DNA of 64,000 nt from Gemmatimonadales bacterium (GCA_040901965.1 JBBDYB010000004.1:4495-68494); one strand, 5' to 3'. Counted from the first letter of the stretch, positions 38,398-48,615 are shown. Program-made: numbers and translations. The notes: generated by a model from the letters alone, not told the origin.

Positions 38398-38419
38398 TTA
38401 CGCGGCGCTGCCCTTCTAC

Positions 38420-38842
38420 TTAGTTGACCTCGAACGTCTTCGTTCCGACGGACGTGTCGTTCAGGAAGATTTCGACCTTATAGCGGCCCGAGGCCAATCC
38501 GGTCGGCTTCGATAGATGAAACTCGGTACGGGCCGGCCCTGTGGGCGAGAGTTCCTGGGTGTCTTCGGCCACAAATTGGTTGTCCTCGAAGACCCAGCGG
38601 GCCTTCAGCGTCGCGGGCCCTGTGCCCTTGGTGGCGACCGTAACGTAAACCACGTCGGTCGCGTGAAATGAGTCGGTCTTGTCGCCGATCGTCATATCCG
38701 GCTTGAGCGAGCGGCCGAGTTCAACGTCCGTTACCGAGACGGCGCTGGTGCCGCCGCTGGCCCGTTCGCCGCACGCAGCGGCGACGGTCAGTGACAGACA
38801 GACGGCAAAGGCCGGAATGCAGCGTAACATCCGGGTACGCAT
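38420..38842 (-). CDS. Hypothetical lipoprotein
   Basis: MRTRMLRCIPAFAVCLSLTVAAAC lipobox, followed by a beta-rich 115 aa domain. No family recognised. Confidence 0.6.
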   Translation of the reverse strand: MRTRMLRCIPAFAVCLSLTVAAACGERASGGTSAVSVTDVELGRSLKPDMTIGDKTDSFHATDVVYVTVATKGTGPATLKARWVFEDNQFVAEDTQELSPTGPARTEFHLSKPTGLASGRYKVEIFLNDTSVGTKTFEVN

Positions 38843-38989
38843 GGGTTATCTCCTGTGAAGTCGAACTACGGGGAGCTGAAGCTCCGGGCTGAGGAACAAT
38901 TTCGGCGGGCCGGGACGGCACGGGTATGCATCGGAGGAATCGGTTCGGAGCTAACCCGGCGCCGTCCAGGAGTGAGGGCGTGAGGAAGC

Positions 38990-40006
38990 ATGAAGCCACC
39001 TGAACGTGAATCGCTCCTCGTTGCCGGCCGGGAAGTCGCGATCTCGAATCCCGGCAAGGTGCTGTTCCCCAAGCCCAAATACACAAAGCTGGATCTGGTC
39101 CGCTACTACCTGGCCGTCGCCGAGGGCGCCCTGCGCGGCGCCGGCGGGCGGCCGAACGTGTTGGTCCGCTACCCCAACGGCATCGGGGGCGAGTTCTTCT
39201 ACCAGAAACGCGCACCGGAATCGCGGCCACCCTGGATCGAGGTGGTGACGCTGCGGTTTCCGTCCGGGCGGACCGCCGAGGAGGTGGTGCCGCGCGATGC
39301 CGCCGCCTTGGCGTGGCTCGCCAATCTCGCCTGCCTCGAGCTGCACCCCCACCCGGTGCGGGCCGACGATCTAGACCATCCCGACGAGCTGCGCGTGGAT
39401 CTCGACCCGGTGCCCGGCATCAAGTGGCCGCAGGTGCGGAAGGTCGCGCGCGTGGTCGAAGCCACGTTGCGGGACCTGAAGCTCGTGGGCTGGCCCAAAA
39501 CCTCGGGCTCGCGGGGCATGCACGTGGTGGTGCGCATCGAGCGGCGCTGGAGCTTCGACGCGGTGCGGCGCGCGGCGCTGGCGCTCGCGCGCGAGGTCGA
39601 ACGGCGCGCCCCCCCTCTGGCGACGAGCAAATGGTGGAAGGAGGAGCGGCATGGCGTCTTCGTCGATTACAACCAGAACGCCAAGGACCGCACCGTCGCC
39701 TCAGCCTACTCCGTGCGGCCCACGCCTGATGCGCGAGTGTCCGCGCCGCTGAGCTGGGACGAGGTAGACGACTGTGACCCCGCCGACTTCACGCTGGCGA
39801 CCATGCCGCGGCGCTTTGCGGCGATCGGGGGGGGAGACCGGCACGCGGGGATCGACGAGCACCCGGGATCGCTCGAGCGGCTGCTGGAGCTGGCGGCTCG
39901 GGACGAAGGCGAAGGGCTGGGTGACGCCCCCTGGCCGCCCCACTACAAGAAGCAGCAGGGTGAGCCGCCCGGGGTGCAGCCATCCAAGCGCCGCATGGCG
40001 GAGTGA
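38990..40006 (+). CDS. NHEJ DNA polymerase/primase domain protein (LigD PolDom)
   Basis: ...ISNPGKVLFP...TKLDLVRYY..., FFYQKRAP, ELHPH, WPKTSGSRGMHV and FVDYNQN motifs are typical of the LigD polymerase domain. Confidence 0.85.
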   Translation: MKPPERESLLVAGREVAISNPGKVLFPKPKYTKLDLVRYYLAVAEGALRGAGGRPNVLVRYPNGIGGEFFYQKRAPESRPPWIEVVTLRFPSGRTAEEVVPRDAAALAWLANLACLELHPHPVRADDLDHPDELRVDLDPVPGIKWPQVRKVARVVEATLRDLKLVGWPKTSGSRGMHVVVRIERRWSFDAVRRAALALAREVERRAPPLATSKWWKEERHGVFVDYNQNAKDRTVASAYSVRPTPDARVSAPLSWDEVDDCDPADFTLATMPRRFAAIGGGDRHAGIDEHPGSLERLLELAARDEGEGLGDAPWPPHYKKQQGEPPGVQPSKRRMAE

Positions 40007-40019
40007 AGCTGCGGCCCCG

Positions 40020-41120
40020 TCAGGAACCTTTGGATCCGGACGAGAAAACCTTGGCGAGCTCGTAGGGTTTGGTCACCTCGAGCTGATCGTAGCGGCAGGC
40101 CTCCGGCTGTTTGTCGGGGCGCCAGCGCAGAAACACGGCCGCATGCCGGAAGCGATCGCCCTGCATGTGGTCGTATTTCACTTCGCATACCCGCTCGATC
40201 CGCAGCGGCTCCCACGACATATCTTTGCCCGCGCTCCAGCGGCTTGGGCCGCCCGGCATGCGGCTCGATGCGCCGGCCGTCGCCCAATCGGCCCACGGGT
40301 GACCCTTGAGCGCGTTCGTGCGGAGCGGCGCCAGCTCTTTCACGAGCTGCTTGCGCATCGCCATCGTGAATGACGAGGTGACGCCGACATGCTGGAGGAC
40401 GCCGTCATCATCGTAGAGGCCCAGCAGCAGCGAGCCCAGGGTGTCGTTTCCCGTCTTGTGCCAGCGGAACCCGGCGACCACGCATTCCGCGGTGCGCGCG
40501 TGCTTGACTTTGATCATCGCCCGCTTGCCGGGCTGGTAGGGGCCGTTCACCGGCTTCGCGATCACGCCGTCGAGCCCGGCGCCCTCGAAGCGGTCGAGCC
40601 AATCACGCGCCGTGGCCCGGTCGCGTGTCATCGGGGTCAGGTGCAGGGGACGCTTGAGGCGCGCGAACAGCTTCTCCAACTGGACGCGCCGCTCATGCTG
40701 GGGGAGGTCCAGGAGGTTGCGCCCGTTCGCGGCGAGCACGTCGAAGCCGACGAACGAAGTCGGCGTCGCCTTCGCCAGCTTCGCCACACGGGACGCGGCG
40801 GGGTGGAGGCGCATCTGGAGCCCGTCGAAATCGAGTCCGTGCGACGTCGGCATCACGATCTCGCCGTCGAGCACGGTGCCGTCCGGCAGCTGCTCCAGGA
40901 ACACGTCGTGGAGCTCGGGGAAGTAGCGATCGAGCGGCTTCAGCTCGCGGCTCTGAATGAACACGTCGTCGGCGCTGCGGTACACGATGGCCCGGAACCC
41001 GTCCCACTTGGGCTCGAACAGGAAATCTCCCGTCGCCGGCAGCGCGTCGGCCAGCTTGGCGAGCATCGGCTCGATCGGCGGGACGATCGCGGCGGGGGAA
41101 GGCTTTGACTTGGCGGGCAT
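40020..41120 (-). CDS. ATP-dependent DNA ligase (LigD ligase-domain / LigC-like)
   Basis: Adenylation motif I EPKWDGFR with nucleotidyltransferase and OB-fold regions. 366 aa. Confidence 0.85.
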   Translation of the reverse strand: MPAKSKPSPAAIVPPIEPMLAKLADALPATGDFLFEPKWDGFRAIVYRSADDVFIQSRELKPLDRYFPELHDVFLEQLPDGTVLDGEIVMPTSHGLDFDGLQMRLHPAASRVAKLAKATPTSFVGFDVLAANGRNLLDLPQHERRVQLEKLFARLKRPLHLTPMTRDRATARDWLDRFEGAGLDGVIAKPVNGPYQPGKRAMIKVKHARTAECVVAGFRWHKTGNDTLGSLLLGLYDDDGVLQHVGVTSSFTMAMRKQLVKELAPLRTNALKGHPWADWATAGASSRMPGGPSRWSAGKDMSWEPLRIERVCEVKYDHMQGDRFRHAAVFLRWRPDKQPEACRYDQLEVTKPYELAKVFSSGSKGS

Positions 41121-41202
41121 GGCGGTAAGTAAGATTAACCGGGTCCCGGAGGTTTCGTTGCGTAACGGCTACGTGAAGCGAAAACGGGGGATAGATTACG
41201 AT

Positions 41203-41838
41203 ATGCATCACCGCGCCACCTCGGCGCTGGCGCTGATCGCCCTCACGGCATGCGCCACCGCCTCGCGTCCATCGTCATCGAGCAGTGGTACGCCCGCTGC
41301 CAGCGCGTCGGATACCGGCCGGGGGGGACGAGCCTACACCGCCGCGGATGTGCGCTTCATGAGCGGCATGATCCACCATCATGCCCAGGCGGTGCTGATC
41401 GCCGGCTGGGCGCCGACGCATGAGGCGAGTGCCTCACTGCGCGCTCTGTGCGAGCGCATCGTGGTGGGCCAGAACGACGAAATCGCGCTCGCCTCGCGCT
41501 GGCTGGAGCAGCACAATGAGCCGGTGCCCGCCCTGGACACCGCGCACGCCATGATGCCGGGTATGCACCACCCGATGATGCCTGGGATGCTGACCGCCGA
41601 CCAGCTACAACAACTGAATCGCGCGCGCGGCGCGGAGTTTGACCGTCTGTTCCTGACGCTGATGATCCAGCACCACCAAGGCGCGATCACGATGGTGAAC
41701 GAGCTGTTCGCCTCGGCTGGGGGCGAGGAAGAAGTCGTGTACCGCTTCGCTTCCGACGTGTTCGCCGATCAAACCACCGAAATCGACCGCATGCAGAAGA
41801 TGCTCGCCGCCCTGCTGTTCGGGACGCGCAGCCAGTGA
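41203..41838 (+). CDS. DUF305-family lipoprotein
   Basis: Signal and lipobox ALALIALTAC. Duplicated helical His-rich motifs (FMSGMIHHHAQAVL and FLTLMIQHHQGAITM) are typical of DUF305. Confidence 0.7.
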   Translation: MHHRATSALALIALTACATASRPSSSSSGTPAASASDTGRGGRAYTAADVRFMSGMIHHHAQAVLIAGWAPTHEASASLRALCERIVVGQNDEIALASRWLEQHNEPVPALDTAHAMMPGMHHPMMPGMLTADQLQQLNRARGAEFDRLFLTLMIQHHQGAITMVNELFASAGGEEEVVYRFASDVFADQTTEIDRMQKMLAALLFGTRSQ

Positions 41839-41866
41839 GTTCCATTCTTCCATAGGGAATCAAGCA

Positions 41867-43861
41867 ATGCCACTGCGAATCAATCTCCGCGCGCTGTCGC
41901 CCCTGATCGGAGTCCTCTCGCTGGCCGCGTGCGCCGCATCTCAGCCCAACACGTCCTCGTCGAACACGGCGCCCACAACCACGGCGACCGGCCGGGACCC
42001 ACGAGTTGGCCTGCGCTCCGGCCTCATGAATGCGGCGGAAGCCGCGTGGAACCTGCGCGTCGTCTCCCGGACACCGCCGTCGGAGAAGTTCGCCGGCGTC
42101 ACGAACTCCGATCTCTCGTTCTCCGGCAACTATGCGATTCAGGGGAACTACAACGGCTTTCAGGTTTGGGACATCTCCAACCCGGCGCGGCCGACCTTGA
42201 AGATCGGCTACCTTTGCCCGGCCTCGCAGAGCGACGTGTCGGTCTACAAGAACCTGCTGTTCGTGTCAGGCGAAGGGCAGTCGGGGCGCCTCGACTGCGG
42301 CACCCAGGGGGTGCGCGACTCGGTCAGCCACCACCGGCTGCGTGGCATCCGCATCTTCGACATCACCGATATCACCGCGCCGAAGTACCTGGCCAACGTG
42401 CAGACGTGCCGCGGCTCCCACACGCACACGGTCGTGGAAGATCTGAACGACAAGGAGAACGTCTACATCTACGTCTCCGGCTCGGCCGGGGTGCGCTCGC
42501 CCAGCGAGCTCCCGGGCTGCTCGCGGCTCGCGCCCGACGAGGATCCCAATTCGGCGCTGTTCCGGATCGAAGTGATCAAGGTGCCGCTCGCGCATCCCGA
42601 GCAGGCCCGCATCGTAACGTCGCCGCGGATTTTCAATGATTTGACCGAAGCGCCGGTGCATTCCGAGCCGGCGGAGGATATTGCGGCCGCCGCCAAAGCC
42701 GCGGCCGACTGGCGCGCCAAGGGCGGCTATACGGCCAGGGTGCGCGACATGGAATTCACGCTGGGACCGGGATTCATCAACCCGATGCTGGACAGCATCG
42801 TGAAGGCGCGCGGCGGAACCGGCGCGCCGACGGGCGCGGACAGCGTGGTACTGCGCCAGGGCGTTCAGGGCATCGTGAATCTGATGGTCAATGCCGATCC
42901 TCCGGGCACTCGCAACGGCGTGCGCCCCGGGCCTACCCAGTGCCACGACATCACCGTGTATCCGGCGATCGGCCTGGCGGGCGGCGCCTGCGGGGGCTAC
43001 GGCCTGCTGCTGGACATCCGCGACGTCGCCAATCCGCGGCGGGTCGCCGCCGTCGCCGACTCGAACTTCGCCTACTGGCACTCGGCGACGTTCAGCAATG
43101 ATGGCACCAAGATCCTCTTCACCGACGAGTGGGGTGGGGGGGGCGGCCCCAAGTGCCGCGCGACCGACAAGCCTGAATGGGGTGCGAACGCGATTTTCAC
43201 GCTCTCGGGCAACACGATGCGGTTCCAGAGCTACTACAAGATGCCCGCCGCGCAGACCGTGCACGAGAACTGCGTCGCGCACAACGGGTCGCTGATTCCG
43301 ATTCCCGGACGCGACATCATGGTTCAGGCCTGGTACCAGGGCGGCATTTCAGTGTTCGAATGGACCGATCCGGCCCGTCCCCAGGAGATCGCCTTCTTCG
43401 ACCGCGGACCGGTGGACTCCACGAAGATGGGGAGCGGCGGATCGTGGTCGGCGTACTGGTACAACGGCGTCATCGTCAGCTCCGAGATCTCGCGGGGGCT
43501 GGATATCCTCGAGCTGACGCCGAGCGCGTTCATCTCGCAGAACGAGATCGATGCCGCCAAGCTGGTGCGCCTGGACTACTTCAACACACAGGACCAGCCG
43601 AAACTGACCTGGCCCGCGAACGCCGCCGTGGCGCGCGCGTACCTGGATCAGCTGGCCCGCAGCAACGGCCTGGCGGCCGCAAAAGTATCCGCGGCCCGCG
43701 CGGCGCTCGCCCGCACGGCCAACCTGTCGGGGCAGCGGCGCCGCGATGCGCTGACGCAGTTGGCGGTGCAATTGAACAGCGACGCGCAGGACGCGGCGGA
43801 CCCCGCCAAGGTGCGTCTGGTCGCCGTGGCGGTGACGGATCTCGCGAATGGGGAGCGGTAA
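41867..43861 (+). CDS. LVIVD-repeat-like beta-propeller lipoprotein, paralog 1
   Basis: Lipobox LSLAAC. Repeated ...Y.NLLFVSGE..., ...VYIYVSGS... and ...GVIVSSE... strands. The family call is from memory and is tentative. Confidence 0.65.
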   Translation: MPLRINLRALSPLIGVLSLAACAASQPNTSSSNTAPTTTATGRDPRVGLRSGLMNAAEAAWNLRVVSRTPPSEKFAGVTNSDLSFSGNYAIQGNYNGFQVWDISNPARPTLKIGYLCPASQSDVSVYKNLLFVSGEGQSGRLDCGTQGVRDSVSHHRLRGIRIFDITDITAPKYLANVQTCRGSHTHTVVEDLNDKENVYIYVSGSAGVRSPSELPGCSRLAPDEDPNSALFRIEVIKVPLAHPEQARIVTSPRIFNDLTEAPVHSEPAEDIAAAAKAAADWRAKGGYTARVRDMEFTLGPGFINPMLDSIVKARGGTGAPTGADSVVLRQGVQGIVNLMVNADPPGTRNGVRPGPTQCHDITVYPAIGLAGGACGGYGLLLDIRDVANPRRVAAVADSNFAYWHSATFSNDGTKILFTDEWGGGGGPKCRATDKPEWGANAIFTLSGNTMRFQSYYKMPAAQTVHENCVAHNGSLIPIPGRDIMVQAWYQGGISVFEWTDPARPQEIAFFDRGPVDSTKMGSGGSWSAYWYNGVIVSSEISRGLDILELTPSAFISQNEIDAAKLVRLDYFNTQDQPKLTWPANAAVARAYLDQLARSNGLAAAKVSAARAALARTANLSGQRRRDALTQLAVQLNSDAQDAADPAKVRLVAVAVTDLANGER

Positions 43862-43862
43862 G

Positions 43863-45860
43863 ATGAAACGGACCTACACCACCCTCGTGCTGGCGGTTGC
43901 GGCGTGCGCACCGCCCCAGCCCCAATCGAACTATGGCGCTGCCCCGGCCGCGTCGTCCGCGACGGCGCCCAGCCCGGATCCACGCGTCGGGCTGCGCGCG
44001 GGATGGATGGATGCGGCGGAAGCCGTCTGGAACCTGCGCGTCGTCTCGCGCACCGCGCCGTCGCCGGATTTCATCAATCGGAGCAGCCCGGGCGATTTCG
44101 GGCTGATGAACTCGGACATCTCGTTCCGCGGGCCGTACGTCATTCAGGGCAACTTCTCCGGGGTGCAGATCTGGGACATCACGAACCCGCGCAGCCCCAA
44201 GATTCACAAGGCGTTCGTCTGTCCCGGCTCGCAGAGCGACGTCTCCGTGTATCGCAACCTGTTGTTCGTGTCGGGCGAGGCGTTGAACGGCCGCACCGAT
44301 TGCGGCACCGAGGGCGTGCAGGATACCGTCAGCCACCACCGGCTGCGCGGCATCCGCATCTTCGACGGGACCGATCTCGCCAATCCGAGCCTCCTGACCA
44401 ACGTGCAGACGTGCCGCGGCTCGCATACGCATACCGTGGTCACGTCGCCCTCCGACACGGCCAACGTCTACATCTACGTCTCCGGGTCGGCGCCGGTCCG
44501 CTCGCCCAGCGAGCTCCCCGGCTGCTCGGCCGCGTCGCCGGACTCGAACCCCAACACGGCGCTGTTCCGGATCGAGGTCATTCAGGTACCGCTGGCGCAT
44601 CCGGAGCAAGCGCGCATCGTGAGCTCGCCGCGCATCTTCCAGGACCTCGTGCGGCCCAAGAGCCACCCCGAGGCGGACGAAGACATCGCCCGGGCTGCGC
44701 GCACCGCTGATTCGGCGCGCGCCGCCGGTGGATTCACGGCGAAGGCCAACGGGATGGACATCGTCCTGGGGCCGAATTTCGTCAGAACGCGGCTCGATAG
44801 CATCGTGAAGGCACGGGGCGGCACCGGCACGCCGACCCCGGCGGACACCGCCACGCTGCGGACGAATCTCCAGTCCATCGTGGATCTGATCGTGAATCCG
44901 CCCAACCGCGCCCCCGGTCCACGACCCGGGCCGACGCAGTGCCACGATATCACCGTCTATCCGGCCATCGGCCTCGCCGGCGGTGCCTGCGGAGGCTATG
45001 GGCTGCTGCTCGACATCCGCGACGTCGCCAATCCGAGGCGCATCGGCGCAGTCGCGGATTCGAACTTCTCGTTCTGGCACTCGGCGACGTTCAACAACGA
45101 CGCGACCAAGATCCTCTTCACGGACGAGTGGGGTGGCGGCCTGCAGCCGCGCTGCCGGCCCAGCGACAAGCCCGAGTGGGGCGCGAACGCCATCTTCACG
45201 CTGTCCGGCAACACGATGACGTTCAAGAGCTACTACAAGCTCCCGGCGCCGCAGACGGCGAACGAGAACTGCGTGGCGCACAACGGCACGCTGATCCCGA
45301 TTCCGGGGCGCGACGTCATGGCGCAGGCCTGGTATCAGGGCGGCATCTCGGTCTTCGACTGGACCGATCCGGCCCGTCCGAAGGAGATCGCGTACTTCGA
45401 TCGCGGCCCGATGGATTCGACCAAGCTCGTCGGCGCGGGATCGTGGTCGGCGTACTGGTACAACGGCTACATCATCAGCTCGGAGATCTCGCGCGGGCTC
45501 GACATCCTCGAGCTGCAACCCAGCGCGTTGCTCTCGCAGAACGAGCTCGACGCCGCGAAGCTGGTGCGCTTCGATTACCTGAATGCCCAGGAGCAGCACA
45601 AGCTGGTATGGCCCGCGAGCTTCGTGGTGGCGCGCGCCTACGTAGACCAGCTGGCGCGGTCCAACGGCCTGGCGGCCGCGAGGGTGGCCGCGACGCGGGA
45701 CGCGCTCGCGCGCGCCGAGAGACTGTCGGGGCAGCAACGCCGGGATGCCCTCACTCAGCTGGCGGCCCAGCTGAACGCGGATGCGCCACGCGCGGCCGAT
45801 GCGGCGAAGGTGCGTCTCCTCGCCGTGGCGGTGACGGACCTGGCCAACGCGGCGCGGTGA
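43863..45860 (+). CDS. LVIVD-repeat-like beta-propeller lipoprotein, paralog 2
   Basis: ATG lies 1 nt after the paralog 1 stop. Roughly 70% identical to paralog 1 by eye over the whole length. Lipobox LAVAAC. Confidence 0.65.
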   Translation: MKRTYTTLVLAVAACAPPQPQSNYGAAPAASSATAPSPDPRVGLRAGWMDAAEAVWNLRVVSRTAPSPDFINRSSPGDFGLMNSDISFRGPYVIQGNFSGVQIWDITNPRSPKIHKAFVCPGSQSDVSVYRNLLFVSGEALNGRTDCGTEGVQDTVSHHRLRGIRIFDGTDLANPSLLTNVQTCRGSHTHTVVTSPSDTANVYIYVSGSAPVRSPSELPGCSAASPDSNPNTALFRIEVIQVPLAHPEQARIVSSPRIFQDLVRPKSHPEADEDIARAARTADSARAAGGFTAKANGMDIVLGPNFVRTRLDSIVKARGGTGTPTPADTATLRTNLQSIVDLIVNPPNRAPGPRPGPTQCHDITVYPAIGLAGGACGGYGLLLDIRDVANPRRIGAVADSNFSFWHSATFNNDATKILFTDEWGGGLQPRCRPSDKPEWGANAIFTLSGNTMTFKSYYKLPAPQTANENCVAHNGTLIPIPGRDVMAQAWYQGGISVFDWTDPARPKEIAYFDRGPMDSTKLVGAGSWSAYWYNGYIISSEISRGLDILELQPSALLSQNELDAAKLVRFDYLNAQEQHKLVWPASFVVARAYVDQLARSNGLAAARVAATRDALARAERLSGQQRRDALTQLAAQLNADAPRAADAAKVRLLAVAVTDLANAAR

Positions 45861-45931
45861 CGGTCACCGCCGGGCGCCAGCATTGACCGCGTGAGCGGCT
45901 ACACCTGGAGTCTGGGGCTAAGGCAGGGCTG

Positions 45932-47857
45932 GTGGCGGAAGTACCTGTAAAGCGCCAGCCGCACTCTTCGCGCGACCGTTATCGGGAATTCGTTCAGGAT
46001 TACAAGCAGGGGCGGCTGGACGAATTGACCGAAGGGGAAGCGGAGAGCGCGCGCGAGCCCGCCGGCCCGCCGCGTCCCGGCAAGCGGCGCGAATATGTAC
46101 GCGAATACCTGCGCTGGCTGCGACCGTATCGCGGCCCGCTTGCGGCGGTGCTGCTCATCGCCTTGGTGGTCGCCGGCCTCCAGATGATCGAGCCGCTGTT
46201 CATCCGGTTCATCATTGACCAGATCATCCTGAACAGGCAATTGGACGGGCCGGCGCGGTTGACTCGTCTGCATGTGACGGGGGCCGTGTTTCTCGCCGTG
46301 ATCATCCTCTCCCATCTGATGAACGCGTTCAAGGATTACCGCCAGCGCCTGCTCAACGTGCACGTCATGCTGTCGTTGCGCCGCTCGTTGTACGAGCGGC
46401 TGCTGCATCTGCCGCTGCCCAAGCTGTGGGAGATGAAGACCGGCGGCATCCTGTCGCGCCTCACCGGCGACGTGGAAACGACCAGCGGGCTGCTGCAGAT
46501 GGCGATCATCTCGCCCGCCATCTCGGCCATCCGCCTCATCATCGCCATCGTCATCCTGCTGCTCTTGAACTGGCGCCTCGCATTGACCGCGCTGGCGATC
46601 ATTCCGGGCGTGATGCTGCTGAGCCTCGTGTTTGCACGGCGGATCCGGCCCATCTATCGCTCGGTGCGCAAGGACGTGGAGCATGTGGACGGCCGCGTCG
46701 GTGAGACGTTTTCCGGGATCCGCGTCGTCAGGGCGTTTCGGCAGGAGATCCAGGAGCTCCTCACATACATGCTGGGGCGGCACACCGTGCTGCGCAAAGA
46801 GCTGTTCGCCCATCGCCGCGAGCTCGTGCTGTGGACGTCCTGGGGCCTGCTGGAAGCGGGCATCAGCGTGGTGATCGTTTGGTTCGGCGGCTACCTCAAC
46901 ATCGTGGGCGGCGCCTCCGTCGGCGACATCATGGCGTTTCAGTGGTACATGTTTCTGCTGCTCAATCCGGTGTGGAACATCGTCAACTCGTTCTCCGAAA
47001 TGCAGCGGTCGCTCGCCGCGATGGAACGGGTATTCGAAGTGCTCGGCATGGAACATGACAAGCCCGACCGCCCCGGGGCGCGCGACGCACCGACGGTCGT
47101 GCGGGACATTCAGTTCGACGACGTCACCTTCGAGTACCGCGAGGGTCAACCGGTGGTGCGGGATTTCAGCGTCCCGGTGCCCGGCGGCTCAGTCGTCGCG
47201 CTGGTGGGTCGCAGCGGGGCGGGGAAGACGACGGTGACAGACCTGGTAGCGCGCTTCCACGACCCCAGCCGGGGGCGCATTCTGCTCAATGGCGCCGACA
47301 TCCGGGACTTCCGGCTGCGCAGCTATCGCGATCTGCTGGCCATCGTTCAGCAGGACGTGTTTCTGTTCGACGGCTCGGTACGGGACAATATCGCCTACGG
47401 GCGCCACGATGCGACGGACGCCGAGATTGAAGATGCGGCCCGGCGCGCCAATGCCCACGAATTCATCGTCAAGCTGCCGCACGGCTACGAGACGTTCATC
47501 GGCGAGCGCGGCGTGAAGCTGTCGGGGGGGCAGCAGCAGCGGTTGGCCATCGCCCGCGCAATCCTCGCCTCGCCGCAAATCCTCATCCTCGACGAGGCGA
47601 CTAGCAATCTCGATACCGAGAGCGAGCAGTTGATTCAGGCCTCGATGGCGACCCTACTCGCCGGCCGGACCACGTTTGTCATCGCGCATCGTCTCTCCAC
47701 AATTCGCCGCGCCGACCTGATCCTCCTAATGGAGGAGGGGCGCGTCATCGAGCGGGGGACCCACGAGGACCTGATGCGGGCGCGCGGCACCTACTACGAA
47801 ATGGTCCGCCGCCAGATGGAATCGCACGGGCACAACGGCGACGAGGTGCTGCGATGA
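45932..47857 (+). CDS. ABC transporter, fused permease/ATPase (MsbA-like exporter)
   Basis: Six-TM N-terminal half. Walker A GRSGAGKTT, signature LSGGQQQR, Walker B ILILDEATS. Confidence 0.9.
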   Translation: MAEVPVKRQPHSSRDRYREFVQDYKQGRLDELTEGEAESAREPAGPPRPGKRREYVREYLRWLRPYRGPLAAVLLIALVVAGLQMIEPLFIRFIIDQIILNRQLDGPARLTRLHVTGAVFLAVIILSHLMNAFKDYRQRLLNVHVMLSLRRSLYERLLHLPLPKLWEMKTGGILSRLTGDVETTSGLLQMAIISPAISAIRLIIAIVILLLLNWRLALTALAIIPGVMLLSLVFARRIRPIYRSVRKDVEHVDGRVGETFSGIRVVRAFRQEIQELLTYMLGRHTVLRKELFAHRRELVLWTSWGLLEAGISVVIVWFGGYLNIVGGASVGDIMAFQWYMFLLLNPVWNIVNSFSEMQRSLAAMERVFEVLGMEHDKPDRPGARDAPTVVRDIQFDDVTFEYREGQPVVRDFSVPVPGGSVVALVGRSGAGKTTVTDLVARFHDPSRGRILLNGADIRDFRLRSYRDLLAIVQQDVFLFDGSVRDNIAYGRHDATDAEIEDAARRANAHEFIVKLPHGYETFIGERGVKLSGGQQQRLAIARAILASPQILILDEATSNLDTESEQLIQASMATLLAGRTTFVIAHRLSTIRRADLILLMEEGRVIERGTHEDLMRARGTYYEMVRRQMESHGHNGDEVLR

Positions 47858-47993
47858 CCGCGGGGGCGGCGACCTCTTCACCGGTGTGCGTGGGACGAAA
47901 GCCCTGAGGATGGTCCGCCGGGAGTTAACCCCTTCGGTGGATAGGCCGCGCGAGGCAGATTCCTACCTTCCCCGATAATACAAGGAGAGCCCT

Positions 47994-48479
47994 ATGGTTC
48001 TGCGCGCTGGCACCAAAGCCCCCGATTTCACGCTGAACAACAGTCCCGAACAAACACTCAGCCTGTCCGATTTGCGCGGCCGTCCCGTGATACTCGCCTT
48101 CTATCCGGCCGACTGGAGCCCGGTGTGCGGTGACGAGCTCGCCCTCTTCAACGAAGTGCTGCCGGAGTTTCAGCGCTACGACGCGCGGCTCGTGGGGATT
48201 TCGGTGGACGGCGTGTGGTGCCACAAGGCGTACAAGGAAGCCCGCAAGCTCGAGTTCCCGTTGCTGTCCGACTTCGAGCCGAAAGGCGAGGTGTCGCGCA
48301 CGTACGACGCGTACCGCGCGAAGGATGGCTTCTCCGAGCGGGCGCTGTTCGTCCTCGACGGCGACGGCGTGATCCGCTGGAGCTATCTCTCCCCGATCAC
48401 GGTGAACCCGGGTGCGGACGGCATCCTCGCCGCGCTCGAAGAGCTCGCCCAGCCGGCACGCGCCAGAGCGGCGCTGTGA
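47994..48479 (+). CDS. Peroxiredoxin (AhpC/TSA, Bcp-like)
   Basis: FYPADWSPVCGDE active-site motif. Confidence 0.85.
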   Translation: MVLRAGTKAPDFTLNNSPEQTLSLSDLRGRPVILAFYPADWSPVCGDELALFNEVLPEFQRYDARLVGISVDGVWCHKAYKEARKLEFPLLSDFEPKGEVSRTYDAYRAKDGFSERALFVLDGDGVIRWSYLSPITVNPGADGILAALEELAQPARARAAL

Positions 48480-48615
48480 GCCGCCTGATACCGCCCCTGG
48501 GCCCGCGCGATATCATTGCTCGAGGCTCTGGCCGTCGCGGCACAGTAACCCTTGACGCGGGGGTCACCGGACTGAACGATTGAGTCACCGTCGTTCCCCC
48601 TACCGGAGGCCCGAG

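Noticed and set aside
43136-43143. G8 homopolymer in LVIVD paralog 1 as a possible phase-variation tract.
   Set aside because: Equivalent G8/C8 runs encode Gly or Pro runs in essential genes here (aroA 12970-12977, accC 19695-19702, rpsB 24444-24451, cdsA 27185-27192). The tract alone is compositional. Only the 37501 tract coincides with a frame junction.
43581-45737. 718-aa minus-strand ORF. Similar long minus ORFs occur at 31918..33426, 42266..43282 and 45899..47149.
   Set aside because: All are antisense to well-supported plus-strand genes (LVIVD paralogs, pnp, ABC transporter) and have an Arg/Gly/Asp-rich shadow composition.
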